Source of the DNA: a virus | Lineage: Duplodnaviria; Caudoviricetes | Virus record (IMG/VR): IMGVR_UViG_2974767555_000001 | Span: 11,688-75,687 of that record | DNA length: 64,000 nt | Reading direction: 5' to 3' (one strand) | In this document: piece after piece, positions 62,780 through 64,000 of the stretch | How positions within the stretch are numbered: the first letter of the stretch is position 1 | How the letters are laid out: each line of letters opens with the position of its first letter | Position numbers and translations under genes: made by a program | Notes under the pieces: model-generated | The model's input: the letters and a program-made list of their open reading frames with translations, nothing else | Told to the model about the DNA's origin: nothing | Databases searched by the model: none

Positions 62780-63298
62780 ATGGCTGTCATCGAGTCGGTC
62801 ACGGTGGTCTACAAGGCCATCGCCGCTGTCGCCGACCGGTCATCGGACGCCGACGATGAACCCGACATCCGACCCGTCACGGCCAACGTTGACCTGACCT
62901 ACCGGGTGCCCCCTGGCTGGTCGTTCAAAGCGACTGACTACGAACCCAACCCGGACGGTGCCCCTGGTGTCACCGAACCCACCGACATCGGGATCGAGAG
63001 CTTTGAGGCCCGCCTTGACGAGGGACAGCTGCTGACCCTCGGCGGTCGGTCGGTCCTCATCGTCGCCAACACCCCGCTGCTGGAGTGGCCCTACGGGGAC
63101 CTGTTCGTGGACGTGCGATTCCGCAACGTGGTCTACAACCGCAAGACCCAACGCTGGGCGTCGTTCGCGTTCATCGTCCCCACCACCGGGGGCACCACGG
63201 TCAACCTCACCACGGTGGAACGCCACCCGTACGTTGACCCCACACGGTATGCCGACTGGTTCAGTCGTCAGACGCCGGTCATGCCCGAAGACCAGTGA
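62780..63298 (+). CDS. Putative virion structural protein (minor-tail N-terminal-like)
   Basis: AAVADRSSDADDEPD...ARLDEG.L...YNVRF pattern seen at the N-termini of actinobacterial phage tail proteins. Confidence 0.55.
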   Translation: MAVIESVTVVYKAIAAVADRSSDADDEPDIRPVTANVDLTYRVPPGWSFKATDYEPNPDGAPGVTEPTDIGIESFEARLDEGQLLTLGGRSVLIVANTPLLEWPYGDLFVDVRFRNVVYNRKTQRWASFAFIVPTTGGTTVNLTTVERHPYVDPTRYADWFSRQTPVMPEDQ

Positions 63299-63618
63299 CT
63301 GAACCCAAGCACTACCCAACGACCACCACACCAGAGTTTGACCGGCACAGCGGTCTCCACAAGCGTCTGAAGGCCGACTACCGCAAGGACTGCCGCGACC
63401 GTCAGGAACGCTGCTGGCTGTGCCTCCAACCCATCGACTATGAGTTGGCCTACCCGCATCCCGAGTCGTTCTCACTCGACCATGCGCTCCCCGTCTCAAC
63501 CCATCCGGAGCTGGGCAACGACCCGATGAACTTCCGTCCCGCTCACCTTGTGTGTAACCAGATGCGCGGTGACGAGGAACCCCACATCGACCTGGGCACA
63601 CCGTCCGAATCCTGGTGA
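63295..63618 (+). CDS. HNH endonuclease (packaging-associated, HK97 gp74-like)
   Basis: CWLC...SLDH..P...N...AHLVCN; position at the end of the right arm. Confidence 0.85.
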   Translation: MTEPKHYPTTTTPEFDRHSGLHKRLKADYRKDCRDRQERCWLCLQPIDYELAYPHPESFSLDHALPVSTHPELGNDPMNFRPAHLVCNQMRGDEEPHIDLGTPSESW

Positions 63619-63888
63619 TGCCGACCGTTGGCCGCGCGCGAACGCCGCGTGCGACCGTGCCGCATCCCCTGCGCGGCCAGCGATTCCGCACCCGAATCGC
63701 GTCAACGAACCCACAGCCACCTGGGTAAACGGGGATGCACCAAAGGTCCCGAGCGCGTGCGACCAGCGGAAACGCTGATGCCCCACCACATCCCACGACC
63801 CCCTGACCTGGGGATATGGGAGTTAGCTGGAGCGCCCAAAGGGACTGCGGCCTGGACCTTTCCGACGCCAACCCGCCTCCCTCCACCG

Positions 63889-63950
63889 CGCTGACCTGGA
63901 CAAACGACCGTCAGCTACCGACCGTCACGACCCGCTGACCTGGACAAACG
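63889..63950 (+). repeat. 18-bp direct repeat CGCTGACCTGGACAAACG x2 near the putative packaging site
   Basis: Copies at 63889-63906 and 63933-63950; further TGACCTGG-like motifs nearby. Confidence 0.7.
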
Positions 63951-64000
63951 GGGGGTGGGTCGAAACCATAAGTCCAGGTCACGGCCACTGCCGCCCGGTA

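Noticed and set aside
63628-63894. ORF as terminase small subunit
   Set aside because: No SD, low-complexity Pro/Arg translation, and it lies in the repeat-rich non-coding end region.
1-64000. DGR, retron, modification-dependent or RM systems
   Set aside because: No reverse transcriptase, methyltransferase or template/variable repeat pair was recognisable in the translations.

Overview
Most of a temperate, GC-rich actinobacterial siphovirus genome, most likely a mycobacteriophage (LysA plus LysB, L5-type minor tail genes). It is in the non-integrated (attP) configuration. Layout: head-tail and tail module (1-16.1 kb); lysis cassette (16.1-19.9 kb); accessory block A with two tRNAs (19.9-27.6 kb); leftward integrase and repressor with attP inside the repressor gene, i.e. 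integration-dependent immunity (27.7-29.5 kb); recombination, replication and hypothetical genes (29.7-51.5 kb); accessory block B (51.5-59.0 kb); pre-packaging genes ending in an HNH nuclease and cos-like repeats (59.5-64 kb). Terminase, portal and capsid lie outside the window. The strongest unexplained signal is a dispersed regulatory cassette in both accessory blocks: a TTGCGG-N17/18-TAnnnN promoter, a 16-bp palindrome GT(C/A)TAG-N4-CTA(T/G)A(A/C) over the -10, a covarying ~23-nt 5' hairpin, and often a second hairpin over the Shine-Dalgarno. Nine promoters and about 14 hairpins are visible. Other strong signals: the integrase reads through its apparent ssrA-like end (QAA) into a signal-peptide/DUF732-like protein; an orphan RelE/BrnT-like toxin gene sits on a cassette promoter; and a ~167-nt structured RNA candidate precedes the late genes. 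All family calls come from motif recognition by eye. No database search or folding program was run.
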